Source: Candidatus Methylomirabilia bacterium
GTDB lineage: Bacteria > Methylomirabilota > Methylomirabilia > Rokubacteriales > CSP1-6
Length of the DNA stretch: 64,000 nt
Direction: 5' to 3'
Assembly: GCA_046758385.1 (NCBI GenBank)
Contig: JBHIAB010000001.1
Location: 2,608 to 66,607 of the forward strand
Shown here in pieces: positions 27,746 to 38,920 of this stretch; position 1 is the stretch's first letter; every line of letters begins with the position of its first letter. The notes beneath the pieces were generated by a model. It saw only the letters and a list, made by a program, of their open reading frames with translations, had not been told where the DNA came from and did no database searches. The position numbers and the translations under genes are program-made.

Positions 27746-28358
27746 AGCCCGCGCTCGGAGACGCGTGAGCCAGATGGGCGGTCTCGTTCAAGGTGATCAG
27801 TCGGGGTGGGCGCACGACGGTGAGCGAGGCGTTGTCGACCCTGAGGCGCCAGAGCCTGTTGAGCGAAAGACCCAGGAGGTGGCAGAGGTAGGTGCTAATG
27901 ACGCCCCCGTGTGAGACCACCAGCACCTCGCCCCCATCCGGATGATTGGCGACAATCTGCTCGACCACAGCCAGCACCCGCGTCGCGACCTCAGCCAGCC
28001 GCTCCGAGGCGGGAGGCGGGCAGTCCAACGGAGCCAGAAGCCACTGGAGGTAAGGATCCCCGTCTCCCGCTCGGACCTCCTCCACCGTTCGTCCCTCCCA
28101 GGCGCCGAGCGACAGCTCACGGAGGTCATCCAGCACGCTCAGGGGGACGCCGAGCCCTTCTACAGCGATCTCCGCTGTCTCCACGGCGCGCCTGAGGGGG
28201 CTCACATAGGCCGTGGCCAGACGCCGGCCGCGGAGCGCCCGACCCAGGGCCAGCGCCTGGCTGCGCCCAAGTTCTGAAAGGCCGACGTCGATGCTTCCCT
28301 GAAAGCGCCGGGCGGCGTTCCACACACTCTGCCCGTGACGGGCCAAGAGCAGGGTCAT
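27702..28358 (-). CDS. histidine phosphatase family protein (phosphoglycerate mutase-like)
   Basis: 218 aa. LLLARHGQSVWN (RHG catalytic motif), later SHGG. Confidence 0.7.
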   Translation of the reverse strand: MTLLLARHGQSVWNAARRFQGSIDVGLSELGRSQALALGRALRGRRLATAYVSPLRRAVETAEIAVEGLGVPLSVLDDLRELSLGAWEGRTVEEVRAGDGDPYLQWLLAPLDCPPPASERLAEVATRVLAVVEQIVANHPDGGEVLVVSHGGVISTYLCHLLGLSLNRLWRLRVDNASLTVVRPPRLITLNETAHLAHASPSAGFARAADGGRFGRGA

Positions 28359-29782
28359 CGCGCGACCTGCCGTTCGATCGCCGCCTGGGCCACCCTCAAG
28401 CGGGCCAGGGTCCTGTCCTTTCCCAGGAGCGCCATCACCTGAAAGATGGGGGGGCTGACCGTCTTCCCCGTCAGCGCAAGGCGTGTGGGCTGGGCGAGGT
28501 CCACCAACTTGAGCTCCAACTCCCCGGCCAAGCCGCGGTAGAGCGTCTCCAGAACCTCCGGCTCGAACCGCTCCTGGCCCTCGAGGCGCTTCACGAGCAC
28601 TCTCAGGCGCGGCAGCACCTCCGGGGTGAAGAACTTGCCAACGGCCCGAGGGTCATAGCCTTCCGGCTCGGCAAAGTAGAAGCGCCCATGGTCCACCATG
28701 TCGACGTAGGTGGAGGCCCGCTCCCTGAGGCTCGCGGCGACGCGGGTCAGCCATCGCCGATCCTCCGGGACCGGAACCCCGGCGCGCTCCAGAAACGGGA
28801 CCAACTCCTCCGCCAGCCGCTCAGCCACGGCTTGCTTCATCCAGTGATTGGAGAGCCATTCGAGCTTGGCGCGGTCGAAGACCGCTCCCGCGGCACCCAC
28901 GTGGGCGAGGTCGAAGTGCTCGATCAGCTCATCCTGAGAGAAGATCTCCTGATCGCCGTGAGACCAACCGAGCCGTGCGAGGTAGTTCACCATGGCTTCG
29001 GGAAGGATCCCCGCCTCGCGGAACGCCAGCACCGACGTGGCGCCGTGCCGCTTGGAGAGGCGGCTGCGGTCCGGGCCCAGGATCATGGGGATGTGGCCGA
29101 AGGCCGGCGAGGGGTATCCCAGGGCCTGGTAGCAGAGGATCTGCTTGGGAGTGTTGGAGAGGTGGTCGTTGCCGCGGATGACGTGGGTGATCTTCATGGT
29201 CACGTCGTCCACCACCACGCAGAAATTGTAGGTGGGGGTCCCGTCCGTGCGGACCAGAATCCAGTCGTCGAGCTGGGCATGATCGAAGCTGACCTCGCCG
29301 TGGATCAGGTCCTGAACGACGGTCTGTCCGGCCAGCGGAATCCGGAGGCGGAGGGCGTGGGGGACAGAGGCCGACACCCCTCGGTCCCGGCAGCGCCCGG
29401 AATACCGGAACGTCGCGCCGCGGGCCTGCGTGGCCCGGCGCTCGGCTTCTAGCTCATCCGGTGCGCACTCACAGCGATAGGCTTTGCCCTCGGCGAGGAG
29501 GCGCTCGGCATGGGCCCGGTAGATCTCCATGCGCTCGGTCTGGCGGTAGCCGGGGGTCGGGGGCCCCTCATCCCAGTCCAGGCCGAGCCACCTGAGCGCG
29601 TCGAGGATGGAGGCGATGAACTCCTCCGTGGAGCGTGAGCGATCGGTGTCCTCGATCCGGAGAATGAAGGTGCCCTTGTGGCGGCGCGCGAAAAGCCAGT
29701 TGAAGAGCGCCGTGCGTGCGCCACCGACATGGAGGTGTCCGGTGGGGCTGGGAGCGAAGCGGACACGAACCGGCTCAGCCAT
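28355..29782 (-). CDS. gltX: glutamate--tRNA ligase
   Basis: Start taken at MAEPVRVRFAPSPTGHLHVGGARTALFNW (HIGH motif). KMSKS-region LSKR present. Confidence 0.85.
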   Translation of the reverse strand: MAEPVRVRFAPSPTGHLHVGGARTALFNWLFARRHKGTFILRIEDTDRSRSTEEFIASILDALRWLGLDWDEGPPTPGYRQTERMEIYRAHAERLLAEGKAYRCECAPDELEAERRATQARGATFRYSGRCRDRGVSASVPHALRLRIPLAGQTVVQDLIHGEVSFDHAQLDDWILVRTDGTPTYNFCVVVDDVTMKITHVIRGNDHLSNTPKQILCYQALGYPSPAFGHIPMILGPDRSRLSKRHGATSVLAFREAGILPEAMVNYLARLGWSHGDQEIFSQDELIEHFDLAHVGAAGAVFDRAKLEWLSNHWMKQAVAERLAEELVPFLERAGVPVPEDRRWLTRVAASLRERASTYVDMVDHGRFYFAEPEGYDPRAVGKFFTPEVLPRLRVLVKRLEGQERFEPEVLETLYRGLAGELELKLVDLAQPTRLALTGKTVSPPIFQVMALLGKDRTLARLRVAQAAIERQVAR

Positions 29783-29843
29783 ACACCTCAGCCCCTTTCG
29801 CATCAGGCTCAATCTCGTATCTTAACATTGCACGCCGAACGAC

Positions 29844-30953
29844 TCAGTGGAGCCGCGTTACGACCTCGCGCACGGCGCGCCCGACGGTTTCGACCTCGCG
29901 CTCGGTGAGCTCGGGGAAGCACGGCAAGGAGAGAACCTCCCGCGAGGCCTGCCAGGCCCCGGGAAAGGCGCGCTCCCCGCCCGGGGACACGCGCTGGAAC
30001 AGGCGCTGGGCGGAAAGAGGCAGGGGGTAATGATGCGCAGTTCCGACCCCGAGGTCAGCCAGTCCCTTCGCCAGGGCATCGCGCTCGGGCGAGCGAACCG
30101 TATAGAGGTGGTAGACATGGCTCGCCGGGGGCCGCTCGATCGGCAATGCCAGGGGCAGCCCCTCGAAGAGGGCGGTGTAGCGGGCGGCGAGCTGGCGCCG
30201 GGCCTCGATCCAGCCATCGAGGCGGTCCAGCTTGACCCGGAGGATGGCGGCCTGGAGCTCGTCCAGCCGGCTGGACCAGCCCAGCTCAAGGTGGTGGTAC
30301 TTCTCCCGTGCGCCGTGATCGCGCAGGAGCCTCACGCGCTCAGCCAGCTCGTCCCGGTCGGTCACTACCATGCCCGCATCCCCGCACGCGCCGAGGTTCT
30401 TCGTTGGGAAGAACGAGAAGCAGGCCAAGTCTCCCCAGCTCCCGATGGGCCGTCCCGCATAGGCCGCCCCGACAGCCTGAGCCGCGTCCTCGACGACGGC
30501 GACCCGGCGCTCCCGAGCGACCTCGGTGAGCCGGTCCATCGCGGCCGGATGGCCGTAGAGGTGGACGGCCACGATCGCCCGCGTGCGGGGAGTCAGGACG
30601 CGCACCACCTGGGCAGGATCGAGAGTGAAGGTGTCGAGGTCGATGTCGACGAAGACGGGGGTGGCGCCAACGTGAAGAATGGTGGAGGCAGAGGCGACGA
30701 AGGAGAAGGCCGGCGTGATCACCTCATCCCCAGGGCCGACGCCGAGAGCCCGAAGGGAGAGCGCCAGGGCATCGGTCCCCGAAGCCACCCCAACGCCGTG
30801 GCCGACGGCGCACCGGACGGCAACCTCGGCCTCCAGCGCTGCCCCCTCCGGGCCCTTGATGAAGCGCCCGGAGCTCAGCACGCGACCGGCGGCTTCGAGC
30901 AGCTCCTCTCGGAGCTGGGCATGCTGGCGGATGAGATCGACGGTCGGAATCAT
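29844..30953 (-). CDS. DegT/DnrJ/EryC1/StrS-family PLP-dependent aminotransferase (sugar aminotransferase)
   Basis: 369 aa. Family-typical blocks (FSFFPTKNLGACGDAGMVVT, HLYG...). Confidence 0.75.
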   Translation of the reverse strand: MIPTVDLIRQHAQLREELLEAAGRVLSSGRFIKGPEGAALEAEVAVRCAVGHGVGVASGTDALALSLRALGVGPGDEVITPAFSFVASASTILHVGATPVFVDIDLDTFTLDPAQVVRVLTPRTRAIVAVHLYGHPAAMDRLTEVARERRVAVVEDAAQAVGAAYAGRPIGSWGDLACFSFFPTKNLGACGDAGMVVTDRDELAERVRLLRDHGAREKYHHLELGWSSRLDELQAAILRVKLDRLDGWIEARRQLAARYTALFEGLPLALPIERPPASHVYHLYTVRSPERDALAKGLADLGVGTAHHYPLPLSAQRLFQRVSPGGERAFPGAWQASREVLSLPCFPELTEREVETVGRAVREVVTRLH

Positions 30954-33097
30954 CGGAGCCCTACCGCCCCGGCCCCCCTGCCGAGCTGACCAAGCCCCAG
31001 GAGGTTCACCATGAACCGGATCTCGTCATCATCGTCCTCGCGGTCGATGTACTCCACCGCGACGTCGAAACACTGGCAGTGGTAGTTCAGGCCGAAGCGG
31101 TTCTCCACGATCGTGTCGGTCCGGATGTCCCAGTTGGTCCCGAAGCGGAAGCTGATGGCACGGGTGAGGCCGGCCGTGAGTTCTCCCCGGATGAACTCGA
31201 TTCGATCCGGGTCGCTGAAGCGGCTCCCCACGGTGGCGGTGATGTTCCGGATGGTGGTCGTGAGGTCGCTGTTGATGGTCTGGACCCCGTCGCCGTAGAC
31301 GTCGAAGCTCGCGTCCCCCCGGAACCTCAAGATCCGGTTGGGCTCCACGATCAGCTCGCCCTGAAGATCCCTCAGCGGTCTCTTGTCCTCAAGGAAGTCC
31401 AGGGTCTGGTTGAGCTGGAAACGGAGCAGCTCCCACCGCACCGCTTCCTGTCCAGCGTTCGCCACCGTCTTGGCATTGAGCCGGTTAGTGAGCGAATAGG
31501 TGATCTGGCCGATCTTCGGAATGTTATCCACTCCGAGGTCGGCCTGCGGAAGTCCGGTGGGGTTCACGACGCCCTGGCCGGCATCGTACTGGGGAATCTT
31601 GCTCTGGTTCACGCCCTGGATCAGTGAGTAGTTCACCCGGGGCTCGATCACGTGCTGAAGGAGTGCTATGCCGCCGACCCCGCCCACATCGAAGATCCGG
31701 GAGGCGCGGGCCGCCGCATCAGCGCCGAGCTCGCCCAGGAGCCGGGCGCGCGCCTCGTCCTCAGTCACCTCCACGCCGCCGCCGCCTCGGGTAACCCGCT
31801 GACCAACCACGGTCTTGTCGTAGATGGTTGCCCGCCCGCCCGCGAACGGGGTGATCGTGAAGAGCCCGCCCAGCGGGAGCGGGAGCAGGACCCGGGGGTG
31901 AAGGTCGGCCCGGAGACCGTCAGAGCCCACGTCTCGGACGAAGTTCACGAAGCTCGACTCCACTTCGTAGAGCAGTCCGGGCACCCCCGGCACCGGCTGA
32001 GGCATGGCGTCCAGACGCAGCTCGGGGAGCCGCTGGAGCTCCACGGGACGGTTGGTGGTCAGATCCTGATACCAGAGCGCGCTGCCGGCGAAGTTCCAGG
32101 ACTCCCAACGCCGGGTCAGGGAGAGGGTGGATTCCATGCGCTGCAGGCTGCGCTCGCCGAGCCGATCGCCGAACACGCGGAAGAACTCGTCGCTCGACAC
32201 CGCGTTGATATCGGCCGCGAACGACAGGCCCGGCGAGATGTCCCAGCCGTGTCTCAGGAAGAAGTTCCCGCGGTCATCGTCGTCCTTGAAGGTCTCCCGG
32301 ATGAAGAAGCCGCCGGCCGAGCCTCTGCTCGACTCTGAGAGGACGTAGCGGTACTCGCCTGAGGCGCCCACACCGAGGCTGCTGAAGGTCTCCAGTGAGA
32401 GGGTGAGGTCCTCGCTGTCCGAGATAGCCCAGTAGAACGGCACCTGGGTGAACACCCCCTTGCGCGAGGAGTTCCCGATGGTAGGGAACAGAAAGCCGGT
32501 CTGGCGTTCGCGGCGGAGGGCCGCGGCGAAGTAAGGGAACCAGGGGATCAAGGGGATGTTCCGAACCCAGAACGAGCCACCGCGGCCCCAGAGGTAGTCG
32601 TCGAGATACGCCGTGGCCTCCCGGGCGTGGATGGACCACGGGGGTGGGTCAGCCTCGCAAGTCGTGAAGACCCCGTCCTGGATCTTGTAGACGCGCTCCG
32701 CAACCCGCGCCATCCGCTTGCCCGAAAGTCGGTAGTAGGGTGGAAAGAAGGCCGACCCGTTGTGGACGACGCCGGTGCGGGTCTTCACGTTGTACTCGAT
32801 CCGCTCTCCGCGCAGGCGGTCCTCCTCATCGATGAACTCCGCATTTCCGAGCGCCACGGCCTCACCGGTTTCTCGGTTGAGCTCCACCCGGTCGGCGGTG
32901 AGCCGGCTCTTTCCCTGGATGATGTCGACGTTGCCCGTCGCGATCAGCAACCCGTCCTCGCCTACCTGCTCGAGCCGATCGGCCTGGATCCTCACCTCGC
33001 CGCTAGGTTCCCGAAGGGTCAGGGGCTCCTGGGCAAAGGCGGGAAGTGCCGAGACCAGCCAGACAGTGGCGAGTGCCAGGGTGTTGGGTCGCATCAT
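30950..33097 (-). CDS. lptD: LPS-assembly protein LptD (OstA family)
   Basis: 715 aa. Signal peptide, OstA N-domain, large beta-barrel with aromatic-rich strands. Confidence 0.75.
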   Translation of the reverse strand: MMRPNTLALATVWLVSALPAFAQEPLTLREPSGEVRIQADRLEQVGEDGLLIATGNVDIIQGKSRLTADRVELNRETGEAVALGNAEFIDEEDRLRGERIEYNVKTRTGVVHNGSAFFPPYYRLSGKRMARVAERVYKIQDGVFTTCEADPPPWSIHAREATAYLDDYLWGRGGSFWVRNIPLIPWFPYFAAALRRERQTGFLFPTIGNSSRKGVFTQVPFYWAISDSEDLTLSLETFSSLGVGASGEYRYVLSESSRGSAGGFFIRETFKDDDDRGNFFLRHGWDISPGLSFAADINAVSSDEFFRVFGDRLGERSLQRMESTLSLTRRWESWNFAGSALWYQDLTTNRPVELQRLPELRLDAMPQPVPGVPGLLYEVESSFVNFVRDVGSDGLRADLHPRVLLPLPLGGLFTITPFAGGRATIYDKTVVGQRVTRGGGGVEVTEDEARARLLGELGADAAARASRIFDVGGVGGIALLQHVIEPRVNYSLIQGVNQSKIPQYDAGQGVVNPTGLPQADLGVDNIPKIGQITYSLTNRLNAKTVANAGQEAVRWELLRFQLNQTLDFLEDKRPLRDLQGELIVEPNRILRFRGDASFDVYGDGVQTINSDLTTTIRNITATVGSRFSDPDRIEFIRGELTAGLTRAISFRFGTNWDIRTDTIVENRFGLNYHCQCFDVAVEYIDREDDDDEIRFMVNLLGLGQLGRGAGAVGLR

Positions 33098-33129
33098 CGC
33101 AAGTGCTTGAGAGTTCTACAAAAAAGGGA

Positions 33130-34449
33130 TTACATGCTATCAGCGCCTCTCTCGATTCCGCAAGGAATATCCCGGCTTCCCCCGGAGAGAGCCAGCACAT
33201 CGGCCACGCAGAAGAGCGAGCCACAAACACAAACGACAGGGGTCGTGGGCGGCGCGAGGGCCAGGGATAGGGCTTCAGCGACGGTGTCGGCCACCTCCAC
33301 CCCCGCCTCGGTGGGGGGCAGGAGGCCCTGAAGTTCCCTGGGCTGGGTGGCCCGGGGGTTGGAGGATGCCGTGAGGATCAGCCGACTCGCCAGCGGCGTG
33401 AGGGCCTTCAGAATCCCGGCCTTGTCCTTGTCGGCCGAGATGCCGACGACCAGGGTCGTCGGCACTCCGCCGAAGAAGTCCCGAAGGGAGGTTGCCAGCG
33501 CCTGGGCGCCTCCGGGGTTGTGGGCCCCGTCCAGGACCACCCAGGGGTCTCGCCCCGTTAGCTGGAATCGCCCAGGCCAGCGCACTCCGGCAAGCCCTTG
33601 GCGAATCGCCTCCTCCTTCACCTCGATCCCTGAGGACGACAGCGCCCTGACCGCCTGGACGGCGAGCAGGGCATTCCCGGGCTGAAAGCTCCCGAGGAGC
33701 GGCAGGAAGATCTCGCCGAGTCGCCAACCTGGGCCGGAGAGGGTCAGTTGCTGGCCCGAGAGGTCGCGCGCCTCCACCGAAGCGGACAGTTCGCGCCCGT
33801 CCAGGAGGAGTGGGACGCCCGCCGCCTGGGCCTGCCCGATGACCAGAGGGGTCACCTCGGCGGCCTGGGTCGCCGAGACTGCCATCCCGCTCCGGATGAT
33901 GGCGATCTTCTCCCGGGCAATGTCCTCGATCCGCCAGCCGAGGTAAACCTGGTGATCGTAGTCGATTCGCGTGACCACCTCCACGAGCGGCGTCCCGACG
34001 GTGGTCGCATCGAGGCGACCACCCAGCCCCACCTCCAGGACCGCGACCTCCACGTCCTGCCGCGCGAAGTGATCGAGCGCCAGCGCCGTGGCAGCTTCGA
34101 ACATGGTGACGTTGAGGCGCGCGATCAGGGTTCCCAGAGCCTCCACCCCGTCAGCAACGTCCTCCTCGGGAATAGCCGCTCCATCCACTCGGATCCGCTC
34201 GCGAAAGGAGCAAAGGTGGGGCGAGCTGTAGAGGCCGACTCGGAGGCCTAGAGCCTTGAGAATGGCGGCAATCATCACCGCCACCGAGCCTTTGCCGTTG
34301 GTGCCTCCGACTTGGACGATCTGGAAACGCCCTTCAGGGCGACCCAGGGCCTCCAGCATGGTCTCGATCCGCTCCCGGCCCGGTCGCATGCCAGCCTGCT
34401 CTCCTCCCCTGAGGCCGAGGAGGCGAGAGACAGCTTCCCGGTAGGTCAT
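33130..34449 (-). CDS. folC: bifunctional folylpolyglutamate synthase/dihydrofolate synthase
   Basis: 439 aa. VGGTNGKGS P-loop, Mur-ligase-like architecture. Confidence 0.8.
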   Translation of the reverse strand: MTYREAVSRLLGLRGGEQAGMRPGRERIETMLEALGRPEGRFQIVQVGGTNGKGSVAVMIAAILKALGLRVGLYSSPHLCSFRERIRVDGAAIPEEDVADGVEALGTLIARLNVTMFEAATALALDHFARQDVEVAVLEVGLGGRLDATTVGTPLVEVVTRIDYDHQVYLGWRIEDIAREKIAIIRSGMAVSATQAAEVTPLVIGQAQAAGVPLLLDGRELSASVEARDLSGQQLTLSGPGWRLGEIFLPLLGSFQPGNALLAVQAVRALSSSGIEVKEEAIRQGLAGVRWPGRFQLTGRDPWVVLDGAHNPGGAQALATSLRDFFGGVPTTLVVGISADKDKAGILKALTPLASRLILTASSNPRATQPRELQGLLPPTEAGVEVADTVAEALSLALAPPTTPVVCVCGSLFCVADVLALSGGSRDIPCGIERGADSM

Positions 34450-35306
34450 GGAAGCGGAAAGGCGGGACGATCGGCGAAGAAGGCGAGAATTCGGCAGAGG
34501 AGGTCCCTGAGCTCCCGGCGCTCCACCACCCGATCCACCTGGCCGTGATCCAGGAGGAACTCGGAGCGCTGGAAGCCCTCGGGGAGCGGCTGGCGAATGG
34601 TCTCGGAGATGACCCGCGGGCCGGCGAACCCGATGAGGGCCCGCGGCTCGGCCAGGATCAGGTCCCCGAGCATGGCCAAGCTCGCGGTCACGCCTCCGGT
34701 GGTCGGGTCGGTCAGGATGGAGATGTAGGGCACACGCTCCTCGCCCAGCCGCTGGAGCGCCGCGGACGTTTTCGCCATCTGCATGAGCGAAAGGATTCCC
34801 TCCTGCATCCGGGCCCCGCCCGAAGCGCAGATCACGACGAGCGGCGTTCGCTTCTGGATGGCCAGCTCGATGGCCCGGGTCACCTTCTCCCCCACTACCG
34901 AGGCCATGCTCCCGCCCAAGAAGTCGAAATCGAAGACGCAGAGCACCACCGAGAAGTCTCCGATCCGGCCAATCCCAGAGACCACTGCTTCCTCGAGCCC
35001 GGTTTTCTCGCTGGCGGCACGCAGGCGGTCGCGGTAGCGCTTGGTGTCGCGGAAACCGAGTGGGTCCTGAGAGCGGAGGCCCTGGTCGCGCTCTTCGAAC
35101 GAGCCGGGGTCGACCAAGAGCGCGATCCGCTCACGGCTCCCGATGCGGAAAGGGTAGCGGCACTTGGGGCAGATCCGCCCGGCACGCTCTACCTCGGCAC
35201 GGTAGACGATCTCCTTGCACGAGTTGCACTTGATCCAGAGCCCCTCGGGCATGACGACCCTGCGGGGCCCTGCCTCACCCTCTCTCCGCTTCCAAAACCA
35301 CGCCAT
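34446..35306 (-). CDS. accD: acetyl-CoA carboxylase carboxyltransferase subunit beta
   Basis: 286 aa. N-terminal Zn-ribbon CNSCKEIVY...CPKCRY. CT-beta core. Confidence 0.85.
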   Translation of the reverse strand: MAWFWKRREGEAGPRRVVMPEGLWIKCNSCKEIVYRAEVERAGRICPKCRYPFRIGSRERIALLVDPGSFEERDQGLRSQDPLGFRDTKRYRDRLRAASEKTGLEEAVVSGIGRIGDFSVVLCVFDFDFLGGSMASVVGEKVTRAIELAIQKRTPLVVICASGGARMQEGILSLMQMAKTSAALQRLGEERVPYISILTDPTTGGVTASLAMLGDLILAEPRALIGFAGPRVISETIRQPLPEGFQRSEFLLDHGQVDRVVERRELRDLLCRILAFFADRPAFPLP

Positions 35307-35477
35307 ATGCCTCGGAGGGGGGCTACGCCCCCCTACCCTCGATCATCGGAGGGGGCCTCGACGGCCCCCTCCGAGGCCTCCCCCATGGATTGCGCGGGCC
35401 AAGCCCGCGCTCGAAGGCAGCCAACTCATGCTCCCGAGGAGGACCAAGCGAGGCGGGCTGCCCGCGGCGCACGGCCG

Positions 35478-36284
35478 TCACCGCGCGGTCTTCCTCAGGG
35501 GGGCTTTGAGAGAGGCGATGAAGCGGCCGACCTCGGGCACGAGGGCCTCGCTTCCCGCGTGGGCTTCCACCTCCCTGACGATGGCGGAGCCCACGATGAT
35601 GCCGTCGACGTACGGGGCCAGCGCGCTCACCTGCTCGGGAGTGGAGATTCCGAAACCGACGCAGAGGGGCTTGGTGGTGATGGCCCTCAGGTCGGCGAGA
35701 TAACGGGCCAGATCGGGAGGCAGTTCAGCGCGCGCCCCGGTCACCCCCGTGAGCGAGACCGCATAGATGAAGCCCCGGCTCCTTCTGGCGATCATCCGCA
35801 TGCGCTCGGGCGACGAGGTAGGAGCCACCAGGTGGATCAGGTCGAGACCGACCACGCGCGCCTCGGCGGACAGCTCACCAGCCTCCTCCGGCGGCAGGTC
35901 GGCGACAATCACGCCGTCCACTCCAGCGTCAGCGGCGGCCCGGGCAAAAGCCTTGAGGCCGAAGGAAAAGAGCGGGTTGGCGTAAGTGAGAAGTGCCACG
36001 GGGACCGCCACCCCACCCCGTACCTCTCTGAGCAGCTCCAGGACCCGGAGCAGCGTTGTGCCGCCTGCGAGGGCGCGCTGAGACGCGCGCTGAATCACCG
36101 TCCCGTCAGCCAGCGGATCCGAGAAAGGGACACCCAGCTCGATGAGATCGGCCCCCTGACGGGTTGCTTCCTGGAGGAGCCGCCGGGTGATCGCAAGGGA
36201 CGGGTCCCCGGCGGAGAAGTACGGGATCAGCGCCCGCTCCCCCCTGGCGCGCAGCCGGGCAAAGGCTCGTTCAATGCGGCTCAC
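35478..36284 (-). CDS. trpA: tryptophan synthase alpha chain
   Basis: 268 aa. ALIPYFSAGDP...ADLIELGVPFSDPLADG. Confidence 0.85.
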   Translation of the reverse strand: MSRIERAFARLRARGERALIPYFSAGDPSLAITRRLLQEATRQGADLIELGVPFSDPLADGTVIQRASQRALAGGTTLLRVLELLREVRGGVAVPVALLTYANPLFSFGLKAFARAAADAGVDGVIVADLPPEEAGELSAEARVVGLDLIHLVAPTSSPERMRMIARRSRGFIYAVSLTGVTGARAELPPDLARYLADLRAITTKPLCVGFGISTPEQVSALAPYVDGIIVGSAIVREVEAHAGSEALVPEVGRFIASLKAPLRKTAR

Positions 36285-36287
36285 GGA

Positions 36288-37498
<1,211 letters not shown>

Positions 37499-37502
<4 letters not shown>

Positions 37503-38116
37503 CGGGCAGCTCTAGCGCGCGTGATGAAGCGATGAAGCTTCTCGGGATCTTTTTTGCCCGGGCGCGCCTCCACGCCCGAGTTCACGTCCACCGCATAGGG
37601 GTGACCGATCTCGATGGCTTGGGCGACGTTCTCTGGTGTGAGGCCGGCAGACAGGATGATCCGCCCCTTGAGAGCGGCCTGGCTGGCCAGCTCCCACTGG
37701 ATCGGTGTTCGGCGCTCCCCATCGCTCCACCGGGCCGGGCTGTCCAGGAGGAAGGCCGAGACCCGGTAGCCCGCGAGCCGATCGAGGTCGGCAGCGCTCC
37801 CCAGCTTGATCGTCTTGATGACCGGAAGGCGGTAGTCGGTGAGCGACTCGGGCGGCTCCTCGCCGTGGAACTGAAGGGCGGCGAGGTGTGCCATCTCAGC
37901 CACGGCCTTGACGTGGCCCGCCGGGTGGTCCCAAAAGACGCCAACGGGCGTGACGAAGGGTGGCAAGGCCTCGACAATGGCCGCTGCGGCAGCAGGGGTG
38001 ATGTAGCGGGGAGTCCCTTCGACGAAGATGAAGCCCAGTGCATCCGCGCCCACGTCCACGGCAAGCCGCGCATCCTCGAGGTCCGTGATCCCGCAAATCT
38101 TCACCTTAGTCCTCAT
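37499..38116 (-). CDS. trpF: phosphoribosylanthranilate isomerase
   Basis: 205 aa. [28 protein letters not shown]. Confidence 0.8.
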
Positions 38117-38920
38117 GGGAGGTCCTCCACCAGCGCGAGCTCGCGGACCTTGGCGGCAAGGTCGGGCGCCTTCACCAGCGCCTCGCCCACCAGGACCGCG
38201 TGAGCCCCGGCGGCAACCACGCGCTCCACGTCTCTCCGCGTGAAGAAACCGCTCTCGCTCACCACCACCGGCCCCGGCGGAACCAGCGGAAGCAGTGAGA
38301 GCGAAGTTTCGAGCCGCGTCTCGAAGGTGTGGAGGTTCCGGTTGTTGATCCCGATGATCGACGCCCCGGCCGACAGCGCGAGGTCCAGCTCCCCCTGCGT
38401 GTGAACCTCCACCAGCGCCCCGAGACCCAGCCCTTTGGCGACGTGGAGGAGCTCGCCGAGCCGGGAAGGGTCGAGTGCCGCGACGATGAGCAGCACGGCG
38501 TCGGCGCCCGAGGCGCGTGCCTCCCAGAGCTGATACTCATCGAGGATGAAGTCCTTTCGGAGGAGCGGCACGGCGACGACCGATCGCACCTCGCCGAGGA
38601 GCTCGATCCGTCCCCGAAAGTACCGCTCGTCGGTCAGGACCGAGAGGGCGGCAGCACCGCTGGTCGCCGCGGTCTCGGCGTAGGTGAGAGGGTCGAGGCC
38701 CTCCGCCAGCACGCCACGGGACGGCGATGCGGTCTTGAGCTCGGCGATGAGCCTCACCTGGCGGGGGCCTGCCGGGTGAAGGGCCGCCTCGAAGTCGCGG
38801 GGAGGCGAGAGGGAGCGACACCGGGCCTCGATGTCGGCCAGTGGCCGATCTCGCTTCTGCCGAGCAAGTTCCTCGCGCTTGTAGCGAAGGATCTCGTCCA
38901 GAACACCCACGGCCAGGCTC
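38113..38920 (-). CDS. trpC: indole-3-glycerol phosphate synthase
   Basis: ORF-track N-terminal extension rejected; probable GTG start at 38920 (…VGVLDEILRYKREE). IAELKTASPSRG and IGINNRNL blocks. Confidence 0.8.
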